Numbered from the stretch's first letter, positions 26,200-39,741 are shown. The stretch: DNA of 64,000 nucleotides from Felis catus (GCF_018350175.1 NC_058368.1:181476001-181540000), one strand, 5' to 3'. Numbers and translations are program-made. The notes: a model not told the origin generated them from the sequence alone.

Positions 26200-26560
26200 A
26201 AATAATTCAAAATTTAAAATATGAAAAAATGACAAGAAGCCTTGAAAGCCAAACTAAGGTTTCTTTAAGACATGATTCAGACACAGAATGAAGGCTTTGG
26301 GAAGGGAGGGACATTGTGTGATGGAAATACTGTTTTAAGATCAAGCAGGTATCTGTGCAGAAAAAACTGAATTAGGAAAAAAAAAGGTAAAGCATAGAGA
26401 CTGAACGCATGGAGGTGTGTTAGAAGGATCCTGCAGTTGACTAATGTAACAAGAACTCAGGCAACAGTGGGTCAGAGGAAATGGAGAAAAATCTGCAGGT
26501 TAGAGAGATACTGGGAGAAATATGGACTGTCCAGACTAGGTGACTAAGTGACACTGGCAA
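26200..26560 (-). mobile_element. L2 fragment
   Basis: Purine-rich GCCTTGAAAGCCAAACTAAGG...TGTTTTAAGATCA...GAAATGGAGAAAA, typical of antisense L2. Confidence 0.55.
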
Positions 26561-26699
26561 TGCAGCCTTCAAAATCGCAACTTCAGATATCCCAGCATCT
26601 GAATGAACACAACCTCCAATCCTGTCAGCGCAGTACAATAATTATCTGAGCTGATCTCCAAGGACTCATTTTTCTTCTTCTGTAGTCCCCTCCAGGCTT

Positions 26700-27830
26700 C
26701 ATTCCTTTTCCTGCTCCACCAGAACAATATCCTCAGAAATATCCTCAGTTCCTTTGCCCCTCAATTTAGTTGGCAAAACCCTGGATGAACCCACCAGCCA
26801 TCAGGTTTTTCCCACCCCTACTGCATCCATGCAGATTGATAATGATGGGTCTTTCCCAATGAGACAGGAGGATATAGGTATAAATCCATGAGGCATGGCC
26901 TTAAATTATCCAGAAATTTTACTTTGCTATGTTCCACCTCCACCCTCAGCAGCTATGGTAAGCATTTTCACATGCCCCTCCTTACTTTCATCTGATAATC
27001 TTGCTTCACTCCCTTTAAGAATCTCTGGAAACTGTGAGATGGGAAATTCATCTCAAATCTAGATACTAACGGGGTCTACACACATTTTTTTCCTGCCCTT
27101 TCATTACGATGGGGAAAATTTTCTTCCTCTCATTAAATGATATAACTACCACATGTGCACAGGATCTGAGTTCTATTCCTTCTGAAAGATTTCTCTTTTG
27201 TATTTTTGGTCTCATACTCTATAACTGATAGTTCTCATTCACACATAAACATAATTTAGAATATCACTCATTTAATTGTCAAAGTTTTTATGAGTATCTG
27301 CTACGTATCAGGTGTTCTATGAGTCAGGAATAGATCAATTAAAAAAAAAAAAAAAACAGACCAAAAGAATCGCATGAAGTTCTAGACTTTGCTAATGCTA
27401 ATTTGAGTTTCATCTCAAAACAAATAAAACAAAACATAAAAATAAAACAATCTAAATCCCATTACTACACAGTCTTCTTCAGTGACCAACCATTACGCTG
27501 TTCCATTTCTAGAAAAACTTCTTCAGAGCTGTGTACATATAATGTCCCCACTTTTTCACTTTGCAATCACTAGCACACCACTCCAATCTTGCTCCTGTTC
27601 CCATCAGTCCACTAAAACTACTCCAACTGAGGTCTGAAAAGATATCGTGTTGTCAAATCCAACCATTGCTTTTCAGTCCTCATCTCATTTGACCCCTTGG
27701 CAGCATTTGATTGTGCCGTCAATGCTTTGTTCTCGAAGTATGCGTCTTTTGACTTCTGTTATACTGTACTCTTGCTGGGATTCTTCCAGCTCCTTAATTA
27801 TGACACTGTATATAATTCTCTCTGTGTGAG
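26700..27830 (+). mobile_element. L2 LINE ORF2/RT remnant
   Basis: CTCATCTCATTTGACCCCTTGGCAGCATTTGATTGTG is a decayed LILLDLSAAFDTVDH RT motif; ORF 27697 (MAAFDCAV...) is its remnant. Confidence 0.7.
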
Positions 27831-28379
27831 CAATGATCATCTTTCTCTTAGTCTGCCTATATGCCTCCACTCTTCAGGACTCAGCTCACATATCACTTCT
27901 TCCAAGAAGTCTTTTCTATCCAATGGATAATGTGAACTTCAATTTTTATTTCATGTTACCCTATTTTTTCCTTCCAGAACCTTTGTCACAAATTTGTATA
28001 TGTGCAAATTATTTACTGTTTGTAAGGGACAAAACTGTAAAAAAAAAAAAATTAGCATTATATGCCAATCTTATATTGCCAATCTAATAATGGCACCGTA
28101 TACAATTATATACCTAGTGCCTGATATACAGTAAATAGTAGCAGAATAAATGGACTAGGTACTTTGCTCCCTTTGTATTGAACCATGTTTGAAACTGAAT
28201 GAGACAGAGTCAAAAGTAACTTCTTGTCTTTTAGAGTGGATAATAATGAAAAGTTAGATGAAGTTCATAGTGCAGGAAAATTTCAAAGTGGACTAGTTCT
28301 AGGAGGAAATAACGTGATCCACTGGGGGACATGTTTAAGTTATCTTTGGAACATCTAAAGGAAAGATATAGCACACTCA

Positions 28380-28963
28380 TGGAGACACATGACTTCTTCA
28401 TATCCATTCGACCCCTTTCCCATTGTATAGAAGCCATAATACTTAGTGGTTTGACCTCTCCTCAAGCAGTAAGCAACTTATGTTACTTTCATTCTCCCTT
28501 ATCAGGGATTTGTTTGTGAGTCCAGATCTAAGCCAATTGGTACAATACATTCAGTGACAATAGGGATTGGTTCAGGAATGAACATGAGGCCCAACCAATA
28601 TAGAAAGACATGAAGAGGTTTCTTACGACATATGGGAACAGTTTTCTTGTTCAGGGAAAGTAAGAAGAGATGTGTCCTTTATCCCATTGAGCATAAAGGC
28701 GGAAGTATGTGGCCCTAACTGCTACTATTGATTATTCCATGTACAGCCAAAGGAAAGCCATGCTTGGGAAAAAGCCAACGTATGGATAGCAAAGCAAAAG
28801 ATAGAAAAAAACTGGCTTCCTGATTACACCATGAATGGCTGGGTCAACAAACCCAGAAGCTTCCTAGCTCTGCTATTTCCTATTACGACCCCATAAAAGT
28901 ATGGCTAAATTATATACATAATTCTTTATCTTTTTTGGGAGTGAAAACTTCTTACCTGATACA
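28380..28963 (+). mobile_element. Old MaLR/ERVL solo LTR (MLT1K/L-like)
   Basis: GATTGGTTCAGGAATGAACATG...AAGCCAAC...GGATAGCAAAGCAAAAGATAG..., ending CTTACCTGATACA. Confidence 0.6.
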
Positions 28964-29429
28964 CATAAAACAAGGGCTGTGGAAAATGAGTAAGAGTCAA
29001 CCTAAGAAAATGGACAAGTTCACTGAAAGAGCAACATCACTGTAAAAAAAAAAGGGAGGAATGAAGCAACAAATGTATTATTTGTATTATCTATAAAGAA
29101 ATGATTAATGATTAGAAAAAATAGTATAAATGGGAACAAATAGGGTAAAAAAACAAAAGCCACCTATCAAAGTCACTTAGTTATCTATCATGTTCCTTAC
29201 AGGAGTATTGTTGGTCATATTAATCATATCAGTACAATAATATGTAAGAGAAGCCCCAGTGTCAGGTTTGTGAAAATGTATTTTTAGAGAGAAACTTCAA
29301 TAAAATTCTAAAAAGGAATATTACAAATGAGTTCATTAATTTACCCCTTAATAAATATGATATAACTTTGCATGCAGTTCTCAACTGTTTTATCAGGATC
29401 TTCCTAGTACTGGGTCTAAGCAACACATC

Positions 29430-29700
29430 TGACCTCACATTACTCACAGACTTCTAGTAGAGGAAACAGACTAACAAAAGGTACACCACAGTCTGGTTAA
29501 TCCTGTTAAATGGAGGCAGGGGTACTTTCACTATGGCAACTACACTACCCAATGTTAATGGAGGTGGGCTAGGTGAGGCAACGTAGGGAAAGAATGCCTG
29601 AACTTTATGTCTAAGGAAGAGTAAGAGTAATCAGGCAAAGGAGAAAGCAAATTCTTGGCAGAAGGAACAAACCTAGAGGATTGAGAAATGCATCATGACA
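29430..29700 (-). mobile_element. L2 fragment
   Basis: TTCTAGTAGAGGAAACAGAC...AAGGAAGAGTAAGAGTAATCAGGCAAAG...GCAGAAGGAACA. Confidence 0.6.
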
Positions 29701-31144
29701 TAGCTCTTGAGGATGAAGTGTGACTCTTGCATCCTGACCTGAATTGTACCTCTCTGGTTGAAAACAGTGCTCTTACATAGTGTCCCCTCAGTCTATAAGA
29801 GGCCAATCAGCCCATTCCAAATTGGAAAATAAATGGAAAGTGTCTATTAGCCATGATGTTGTAGATTACCATTTACGGTTAGATAAATGAACACAAGATA
29901 CCCTGAAGATACCAGATCTGTTTGTTTTCATTTTGAAAGGCAATGACTCAGATACCACTTTCTCTGGGATTTATCTCATCTGCTTATAGGAAAACCTATA
30001 GACTCAGGCGCATAAGGCCATTGCTCTGTTTATGAACCAAGTATGCAAATACTGCTATCTAATTACATTGTATACCCCTCAATACAATGCACAATGGGCC
30101 CCCAGAAAGGTTTCTCTCAGAATATCTAATTATAAGTAAATAGCAGTCTCTTATTTTCTAAAATAGAAACTGAGCAACAGAAAAGCAACTTTTATCTGTG
30201 ATCAAAAACATCTTTTCCTGATCAGTGGAGTGAGAATCCAAACAAGTTGACTATTTTGAATTCTTCACAGGCTTCTGATATGTTAAGACAATCTGCTATC
30301 CTGATTCTTATTATTTCAGTTGCTCTCTTTCTTGTGCCTAGGGAATCAGGAGGGAAGGCCAGTTTGCCTAGTCGTTTCATGGAAGGAAGTGTCCACTTTA
30401 CAAAGGTAGCTGTGCTATGCATGTAAACATAAGCAGATCCTGGCCATCAGTGGCACAGGAAAACAATCTCCCTTGCAAATCACAGAGGCTGAATAATTCA
30501 CAATCTCCCTCAATAGCTAATTCTTGTCTTCAGGGTATTCCAATTTTGGAGAAACTCTCCTTCAGGTCTAATCCAAGTCTATCTTCATGGAAAATAACTT
30601 CCTATAGTATCAGGGAAGCTAAAGAAAATATTCTGTGTGGTGAGATTCAAGGGCGGGTAACTGAGTTCTTGTCCCCAAAATATCTCTCCTACTAATAGGA
30701 CCTCAAATCTATGGATTGTAAGATACACTATTACTTTGCAAATGACTAATAAAAAAATATTGGCCATCAAATTACGGACAAATGCCTTATCATTTAATTT
30801 ATTAACTTAGTGAAAGAGCTCTTAAGACTTATGTAGACATAGATTTTGATTGTATTATTATTTTGTGGAAAATACAAAACAAATTCCTAACGCTTCTTTA
30901 TATATGGAATCTCACGCTTCAATTTTTTTTTCTTTTTTCTTTTTTTTCTTTTTTTGGTTAGAGTTATAAATATCTGTGTTTTATCACATGTAGGTATTCT
31001 CTATGCTGGAAAGCTGATGATTCAGCATTTCCTAAAACAAAGTTCCACATAGTCTTTGTGATTTTCCTCTAAACTGTTGACAACTATTCTCTAAGTTCTA
31101 TTGTTGATGCTTTCTTGATCTTAGGTTTAAATGGGAGGTTATTA

Positions 31145-31370
31145 GGGCTGCCTGGGTGGCTCAGTTGGTTAAGCATCTGACTCTGGATTTAAGTTCAGGT
31201 TATGATCTCACGGGTTCATGAGATAGAGCCCCACATAAGACTGCACTGACAGCACAGAGCCTGCTTGGGATTCTTTCTCTCTGCCCCTCTCTCACTCATG
31301 CTTTCTCTCTTTTTCTCAAAATAAATAAATAGACTTTAAGAAAATGGACTCCATTAAAAAATAGATGAAA
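31145..31370 (+). mobile_element. Can-SINE (SINEC_Fc3-like)
   Basis: GGGCTGCCTGGGTGGCTCAG...CAGCACAGAGCCTGCTTGGGATTC. TSD TAAATGGGAG(G/A)TTATTA. Confidence 0.95.
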
Positions 31371-31734
31371 TAAATGGGAGATTATTAAACAACTAAGACA
31401 AATCTTTTTTTTAAATGTTCACTAAATGTCAAGTTGCTGATTTTAAAATACAGATAGCAATTAAACTCAATCTATATTACTGATAATGCACATGACCTGA
31501 CTGAATCTTGCTCAGGTTTATTTAAATTACAGTTAAGAACTTGTAGCATAATATTAGTTTCAGGTGTACAAGACTTGATCGAAGTTTTTACTATGTGTAT
31601 GCAATGACATTTCCATTATTATTGTCTCTTGCCAAGAGTGATTGAATGGAGTTATCAACTGTTTCAGGGATATTAAAATGTAAAAAATATAAACTTCTTA
31701 AAATTGATGAAATATGGACCTCCCAATGGAAGCT

Positions 31735-31870
31735 ATTTATTCATTTATCTATTCATTCATTCAGTCATTAAAAATTATATTTATTGAGCATCTACCATGT
31801 GACAGGCACGTGGATAAGGGTCACAAAATGAGGAAGTGAATGGACTGGTTTCTCTAATCAGAAACTGAGA
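31735..31870 (-). mobile_element. L2 3' end
   Basis: (TTCA)n followed by TATTTATTGAGCATCTACCATGTGACAGGCAC. Confidence 0.7.
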
Positions 31871-32984
31871 AAATAATGGATCTAAAATTATATACTGTTA
31901 GAGTTTATGACCTAATCATAAATGGGAGTTCCTGGTTTCTCACAAGGTATTTGTTAATGAAGAAAAATCCTGGGAATTACAAGAGAAACTTTTGCTATCC
32001 TTCCAAGATGCAATTTAACCCTAATGGGAGAAACAATAGATAGGTTTCTGGAAATAAATAGATATATTAATCTTAGATAATGTTTACTTAGGGCAGAGAA
32101 AGATAAGACCAGACAAAACTAAGTAGGCCAAGGCATTTCTGCACTTGGATTGAGAAAAAGAGTATAAAAGTAGAGGTAGGCTGGGGGAGAGACATGTTAA
32201 TACCACCCATCTGGGGCTATGGAAAGGGACTGAGGGCATCTTCACTTCTCTCTGGACGTTCTTAAAACTTTTGTGAGCTTCCCAAATTCTATAAATTTCT
32301 TGCCTAGATATCATATATGGACACTCAATCCCTATCTCATACATATCCCTGGATTTGGCACATCTGCCTGCTTCATGCTGTATTATACTATCACCAAAGA
32401 ATCGTCAAATGGAACTCCTCAAAGAATTCTAAAAAGTAATCCAAACATCAGATTGTTTTAGAAATAGGGAAACCAGGGCCCAGAGACAGAAGGCAAATAG
32501 AAAAAAAAAGTAGTCCACTGTATTCCTGTCATATATTCTTTTCTGACAATGGAGACATTCAATTTTTACACCTCCAGCATCTTCCAGCCACTGATTCAAT
32601 GACATCTCTGTGTCAGATTTCTAAGAATGATAGTAAGTTCCCATAGAAGACATAACTTCCACAATTTGTGGTTCATTGAGTTAAACAGCTTAAAATACAT
32701 ACACACTCACATGTGCATACACACATATATCATTCCTATATGTTAAGTACTGCCTTGGAATTAGATGTATGAAAGACATAATAATGATATTCTTCTTCCT
32801 CTTACAGATTCCATTCTCCACAGAGAGAGGAGAGCATGCCAAAAGTCCATGTAATCATTACAATGTGGATAAGGTACCATTCAGAGATGATCTCAGAAAT
32901 TCAGAGATGATCTCAGAGAGGAGGAGATGCCTGAGCAAAGATAATTAAGAGTTTATTCTATAAGAGGGAGAAAGGTTGGTGCAA

Positions 32985-33553
32985 TGAATATCTTGATTTG
33001 GCCTAGTTAGTGGCCCTTCCTCCTGCATCTGAAACAGCAATTTCAATTTCCTGAGAGACCTCACCACTCCCTCACTTGTATTCCATGTGATTCACCCCAC
33101 CCTTGATTTGGAGCCACACATATGACCCAGGTCTCACCCATCGGAGTGAGGTCCCAATCAGGTCATTGACCTGACCAGAAGATTGGTTTAGTAATGGATG
33201 AAGACTTTAGTCATACAAATGAGACCTGAATCTGGGACTTTTACTAAAATAAGTGAGAATAAAAGCAATCTCTCTTTCAGCTGGTGTTACCAATAGAATA
33301 GACTATAATTTGGAGCAGATGGCAGCCATCTTGTAATCATGAGGAAGAGCTTCTCTGAGAATGGAACCATTACAAAGGAAAGCAGAACTGACAGATGGAG
33401 AGTGAAGTCAACACCTGATAAAAATCATTACAGTATCTGGATACAGCTGTACTATGTCTACCTCAAATTTTTCAGCTGTGTGAGTTGTTTCCCTCTTTTA
33501 CTAAAGCCAGACTGAGTTGTACTCTGTTTTCTGCATACAAAGGACTCCTAATG
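32985..33553 (+). mobile_element. LTR33-like ERVL solo LTR
   Basis: TGACCCAGG...GATTGGTT...GGCAGCCATCTTG...TGAGAATGGAACC...AGGAAAGCAGA...AGATGGAGAG...AAGCCAGACTGAGTTG. Confidence 0.75.
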
Positions 33554-33613
33554 GTGGGTGTGGGTAGGCAATGCTCATAAGAAGAGATGGATTTTGGGGG
33601 CCAGAGGGTAGAG

Positions 33614-33992
33614 TGTTATGGGCTGAATTATTTCCCTCAAAATTCATATGTTGAAATCATAGCTCCCAGTACTTCAGAGTGTGACTATATTTGGAGATAG
33701 CGTGTTTAGCTTGGAGATTAAACTTAAATGAAGTCATTGGAGTGGACCCTAATCCAACATGACTGGTGTCTTTATAAGAAGAGGAGATGATGACACAGAC
33801 ATGCACACAGAGAAGGCCATAAAAAGACACAGGGAGAAAGTGACATCTCTCAGCCAAGGACAGAGGCCCTCCAAGGAAACCAACCATATTGACACCTTGG
33901 ACTTCTAGCCTCCAGACTGTGAGGAAATCAATATCTGTTGTTTAAGCCCCCCAGTATGTAGTACTTTGTTAATGGCACCCTAGCAAACTAAT
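33614..33992 (+). mobile_element. MLT1A/B MaLR solo LTR
   Basis: TGTTATGGGCTGAATT...CAAAATTCATATGTTGAA...CCCTAATCCAACATGACTGGTGTCTTTATAAGAAGAGGA...GGACTTCTAGCCTCCAGACTGTGAG...CCCTAGCAAACTAATA. Possible TSD TAGAG. Confidence 0.9.
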
Positions 33993-36900
33993 AGAGGCCG
34001 GCTCCTGGGAAGAAAGAATGTCAAAGATAAAGGACAAGGATTGTCAAAATGGGTACATTTAGAAAGACTGAGGTAGAGAGGAAATAATGTAAAGTATGTT
34101 CAAGTGGACACAAAGAGGGAAAGGGGCATATGTCAGCTTCATCACGATTTTGTTCTGTCTCATTCTCTCTTCTTTCACATATAATCTCTTTGTCCATGAT
34201 GAACAAGCCACACTGCTTAGTCTTTAGACATTGTGACTCAAGTCTTCAAACAGTTAGTTGTTTTGAAATGTTTCATGACCCACTTCTGCTAAATATAATC
34301 AGTCCTTCCTGCTAAGTTTATGGAATAAGCCCCTTTCACAAGAGCCCCGCGATTGTGATGTGCAGTCTGATAGAAGTCTGGCATTTTTCAAGTTGGTCTC
34401 TTCAAGTAGCCTGGCTTCTAAGAATTGGGTTATTGTTGATTTTTGCTAAAATGGTTTGTGGCTCTATTTTGTCTGTGCACAACAGAGTACTGATGAAACA
34501 AAGTATAGTGTGGCCTTTAAATGATGACAAAAAAGCCTCAGTTTTTGAACTTTCAAAAACCTCCCAGCCTCAAAAACATGTTCTTCACTGTTACCATAAT
34601 GAAGTCCTCTAGCTCCGGGAGTTAGAAGAGTAAAAGTGAAGGGTGATCCAAAAGCTAGAGTAAGAGAAAGAAGAAACTTCCGTTCAAAACAGATTTTTAA
34701 AATCTGTTTAAAATTGTATTTGTTTGCCCTTAGCCTGGGTGTGAGGACTCATTATGGACTAAATTCCTCATGTTTCATCTGGATACACAGAGACAGAGCT
34801 AGGGCTGTAGCTCGAGGGAACCAGTCTCCTGTGTTATTTCCAGCTCTCCACTTGTTAAAGTTAGGCCAATGCTATTTTCTCGGCACCGAGTTCTATCAGA
34901 GACGTTTAAAGTGCTCTTTACTAGCTTGATAGAAAGCATCTGGGCATTCTTGAGTGTTTTCATGGATTTTTACCCATGCTCATAAAAAAACCATAAGGTT
35001 CTTTAAAAAAAAAACACCATTTCACTTCCTGATATAATTGTTTATTAATTTTCAGATCACTCTATAAATCATGTCCTTCATATGAGGCTGTCATGCACAT
35101 TCAAACTTCTACATAGTAAACAAAAACAAAAACAAAATGCCCCCCCCCAAAAAAAACAACTTAGAAATTATGTTTCTGTCTCATAGTCATTGATGCTAGC
35201 TTTCAATTTTGCCAGAGATATTTTCTTCTGAGTCACTATAAAAACAACTCCTTCTAAATGCTTTTTATACTTAGGAAAAAATGAAATCAAGTGCGTTCTT
35301 ATCATAATAAGTGAATGCATTATATGTTAACAAGCATTTTCTCATTTTTATAATGGAAAAAATTGTTAAGCACTATTTCACTCTCCTTAATTGTAATCAA
35401 GAAGATTTGCTTTCAGACTGACATACAATAAACTCCCTGGTTAACAGCAGTCAACCCAAGGTGAGGTTGAAATCCCTGGGAACATGCTGACCCTCTCTTC
35501 ATAAGTGCATGTCATTCTATAGATAGGTCAGGGCTTTATGGCCTCCCTAAAATATATATTTCCAACTGGTTTCCTGCTTGATAGTTTCAGACACTGAACT
35601 ATAAATGGAAAAAGAAGAAGAAAGAAGAACAAGAACAAGAAGGAGGAGGAAGACAACGACGATGAGGGGGATGAGGAAGGGGGGACATTATTCTGGTAAA
35701 ATCCACAGTTGCACATACAATGATACAACCTTCTATTTATAAATAAAGTTTCAGTAAATTTGCAGGAGCATGCAGCCAGCTGCAGCTATACCAACTTTTA
35801 GAAAAATATTTTTCTAATTCCTACACAAACAGCAAGGTCAGGCTTTTCTTTTTCTTTTTCTTTTTCTCTTTCTTTTTCTCTTTCTCCCTTTCTTTCTTTC
35901 TTTTTATGTTCCACCTTCTCTATCAGGCTTCCAACCTCAGAGCCAGCCAATGGTGATCTCTCTCCCCAAGTTCCTGGAGTATTATTCTTGCCACCACTGG
36001 TTGGCACTTAGCATATGCTAACAAACTTTGTTAATTATCTTTTTTACATACATGGCCTGTTTGTCCAAATAGCAGACTCTCCTTGACCGTAAAGGCAGTA
36101 TCTCAGAATGTTTTCCATCTCCAGCACACAGCAACGTGTTTTGCTAGAGTAGTTTCAACACACGTTTTTGGATGATGGTGGTGATGATGCAGTCAAGGAG
36201 AGGCATTATGCAATGTGCCCTGTGACACGAAGACATCTTGAAAATTGCTATAATCTACCATCCAGCTAGGTATGTTGTAGGAAGTTAGCACGTTTGGTAA
36301 GTTTTAAGCAATTTTTCTTCAGTCCAGGTAAGTTGGTATTCAGCTATTGAACTAATTCACACTGCATTTCTGTGTAATTTTATTCTTCTAGGATGTTCTT
36401 ACTCTTTAAACGCTTCTTAGTGGCTCTCCATCCTGGCTTCATATCTGCATTTGCCTCCAAAGCTTTTTAAAATAAAGGTGGCAGAGCCCCACCCAAGATC
36501 CAATATACCAAAACAGATAGAGATGGAGATGGAATTCAAAATCTGCATTTAGAAAATACCTCTGCTGATCATTTCGATGCGCAACCAGGTTTGAAAACCA
36601 TTGAAAACCCCAAACACTATTTCCTTGCCAATATTTGGCCTTTCCTTCCTTTGGAGACTTTTTTTTCAGACTTTACACATCAATTAAATCATACATGAAA
36701 TAATGGTTAATGCAAAAAGAGATTAAATGGCTATAATTTGTATGTGAATAAAATATTTAATTAAATATTTAAATCATTAAATGTGAACGAAACAATAAAA
36801 TATGTTAATGCAATATTCCTGCATTTCTCACACTGTTTTACAAAAAGATTTAAGGCAGCTTTCAAAACAATTTAGAATAAAACAAACTTTGAGGGAACTG

Positions 36901-37204
36901 AAGCTGAAGGAATATAAGGGCAGAAAATAAGAATCACAGAAAGAAGTGAGGGTAATGTTTGCAAACTGAAATGCATAGTGTCCTGTCAAAGGCATAAGGT
37001 AGACCATAAATTCACTTAAGTCTGTGTTTCCTAGAATCCAAAACAAAGAGAGAAACACAGGTTCTGTATAATCTCCATGAAATAAAAGCAGTTCATTTTT
37101 CCAGACACTGACAGATCCCTATAAAAAAAAGAGAACACTTGTAGCTGTGATTGCACCTCCCACTGAGTCATTCCTACAGACAATAGTGTTTTTTCTCCCA
37201 CAAT

Positions 37205-37358
37205 TTATTTTTTCAATTTTTTAATGTTTATTTGAGAGAGACAGAGAGAGAGAGAAAGGGGGGCAGAGAGAGTGAGAGAGAATCCAAAAGCAGGCTCCGC
37301 ACTGTCAGCCCAAATGCTGACGTGCGGCTTGAACCCACGGACTGTGAGATCATAACCT
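37205..37358 (-). mobile_element. 5'-truncated Can-SINE (Fc3-like)
   Basis: T-rich tail, (GA)n and GCAGGCTCCGCACTGTCAG...GAGATCATAACC; the tRNA head is missing. Confidence 0.9.
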
Positions 37359-37511
37359 TGTGACTGTGTTTTTGATAATGATTCATAAAAGTTTAAGACT
37401 CTCTTTAAACATGGAGCCTGTTGTGTCAATATTCTCTATGTTTAAGGACATTCACTTGATCATCATCTCTGTAGAGGGATAATTCTGTTCTTTTTATGAA
37501 AAATAAAAATT

Positions 37512-37727
37512 GGGGGCTCCTGAGCGGCTCAGTCGGTTAAGCCTCTCGCTCAGGTCATGATCTCACAGTTTGCGAGTGTGAGCCCTGCATTGGGCTCTGT
37601 GCTGACAGCTCAGAGCCTGGAGCCTGTTTCACATTCTGTGTCTCCCTCTCTCTCTGCCCCTCCCTCACTTGCGCTCTGTCTCTGTCTCTCAAAAATGAAT
37701 AAACGTTAAAGAAATTTTTAAAAAACT
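37512..37727 (+). mobile_element. Can-SINE (SINEC_Fc2-like, small internal deletion)
   Basis: GGGGGCTCCTGAGCGGCTCAGTCGGTTAAGC...CAGCTCAGAGCCTGGAGCCTG...AATAAACGTTAAA. Confidence 0.95.
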
Positions 37728-38042
37728 AAAACACAAATTGAGACACATGCTGGAGATGCTGAAACTCCATCTCTAGTGGTAATAGGAAAAGAAGGTTCCC
37801 TTTGAGTGGGCTAAACTTTTCCTCAGAAAACAGTTCTCAGTCAGCTTTCACACTGGAATAGTGCTTACTGTATAACCTAAAATGCCCTAGAGTTGAGCTA
37901 TGCACTGCATTTTCCCTTAGATATGAGATTTCAATAAATATTCTGTTTCCTCTCCTTACTGGCTTTCCAGATAGAAATCTAGAGGGGATGGTCACCTGAA
38001 ACTAACCTACAAAACCTAGTCATGTTGTATATGTCTTTCTTT

Positions 38043-38246
38043 CTTTTTTTTTTTTTTATGTTTATTTTTGAGAAAGAGAGCGAGCACGAGCAGGGGAAGG
38101 GCAGAGAGGGAGGCACAGAATCCGAAGCAGGTTTCAGGCTCTGAGCTGTCAGCACAGAGCATGAGACAGGGCTCGAACTCACAAACTGCAAGATGACGAC
38201 CTGAACCAAAGTTGCATGATCAACTGACAGAGCCACCCAAGCACCC
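38043..38246 (-). mobile_element. Can-SINE (SINEC_Fc2-like)
   Basis: Perfect 18-bp TSD TTGTATATGTCTTTCTTT at 38025-38042 and 38247-38264. Confidence 0.95.
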
Positions 38247-38635
38247 TTGTATATGTCTTTCTTTAGTGAGTACATTTAACTGAGAGATTAATCCAAAATT
38301 ATAGGATCTGGATACAGAAATGTGAGCAGCTATAGAGCTGAAGATTCCTGGGGAACTGAAGTTCTGCCTCCCACTACGCAATGGTCGCACGGCCTTGAGC
38401 AAATCCATTCCTCTCATACAATGTTAGCGTTTAACTCTATTTGACCATTTTTCTTGGCATTGTTGCTAAAATTAAATGTGAGGATGTCATTAAACATTTT
38501 TTGTAATGTATAAAATGCTTGCTAATTACAGGTATTAATTTTTCTTTGGATTCTTTATAAACAACACTAGCAGAGAGGCTGAAGAGGAAAACCTGATCTC
38601 TTCTGAATCAATGGACAGCAGCCACCTGTAAGGTT

Positions 38636-38672
38636 ACACACACACACACACACACACACACGCGTGCGTGCG
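38636..38672. repeat. (CA)n running into CGCGTGCGTGCG (alternating purine/pyrimidine)
   Basis: Read directly from the sequence. Confidence 0.95.
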
Positions 38673-39476
38673 AGACCTGATTTTCTCCTCTTTCCTCAGT
38701 TTTGCACATGAGTGCCATGTGGTTCTATTTTCATAGTCCTCACGTTACTAGCTCAGTCCTAGGCCTAAAGTATGAAATATATCACTAACTCCAAAACATT
38801 CTTTTCATGGCTTTTCATTTGCGATATCTGGACATTTATTGTGTGCTTATGATTTGCCACATTGCTCACAGGCACTAACCTTCACATTTGACTTCCCACA
38901 TAGACAGTAAGTCCCAGGAAGACAGAAGTCACCTATGGAGAGTAACTGCCTCCCCAAACCCTTGCAGAGTGTGGGACACAAAGTAGACATTCAATAAGGA
39001 GATGTAATAGGGTTTCTCATGCATTTGTTCATATAACATTAGTATTATCATTATCCCCATCCTTTAGGTGAATAAATTGAGGCTCCACAAGCTGGTGTAA
39101 TTTGGACAAGGTAATGAGGTTAATGTGGCAGAGTTCAGATTTGAACCCACTTCTACAGAGCTCTCATGACCCTATTATGTATCATTTGCCCCTATATGAT
39201 GTAAACCCTCCAAGAACTCAGGGGCCCCTTATGCAGCTAGGGTTTCGTGTGTCATGCATCAATTCTTATTTGTGATGAGATAATCTAGTTGGATTTATAT
39301 GTATGAGCAGTAAGTAAAATAACCTTATAAAGTGTACAGTCTTTAAAAGAAAAATTTTGTATTGCCTACTGTGTTCTTGTGCATATTAGCTGAAATGTTC
39401 ACAAATCGGTTCTTCACTCCCTTGTTACTAAAAGAAAGAATCTAAAAAAAAAAAAAGAAAAAAGAAAGAAAAAGCA

Positions 39477-39666
39477 GGGGGGGGGGTGCCTGGGTGGCTC
39501 AGTCAGTTAAGCATCTGATTCTGGACTTAGGGTCAGGTCATGATCTCACAGTATGTGAGTTCAAGCCTGGCATTGGGCTCTGCATTGACAGTGCAGAGCC
39601 TGGCTAGGATTCTCTTTCTTTTCTCTCTCTGCTCCTCCCCTGCTCTCTCATGCACATGTGTGTGTG

Positions 39667-39711
<45 letters not shown>

Positions 39712-39741
39712 AAAATAAATAAACTTAAAAAATGGAAAATA
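39477..39741 (+). mobile_element. Can-SINE (SINEC_Fc3-like) with expanded (CT)n
   Basis: G-run + TGCCTGGGTGGCTCAG...CAGTGCAGAGCC...AATAAATAAAC. TSD-like AAAGAATCTAA. Confidence 0.95.

Noticed and set aside
29202..29242. Exon-like segment (TTCCTTACAG|...TAT|GTAAGA)
   Set aside because: Weak donor, 41 nt long, and no recognisable peptide.
32879..32917. 20-bp tandem duplication (similar ones near 19510, 53665 and 61137)
   Set aside because: Ordinary slippage duplications with no sign of function.
34883..34892. GGCACCGAGT, identical to part of the Cas9 sgRNA scaffold
   Set aside because: A 10-nt match with no flanking scaffold; coincidence.
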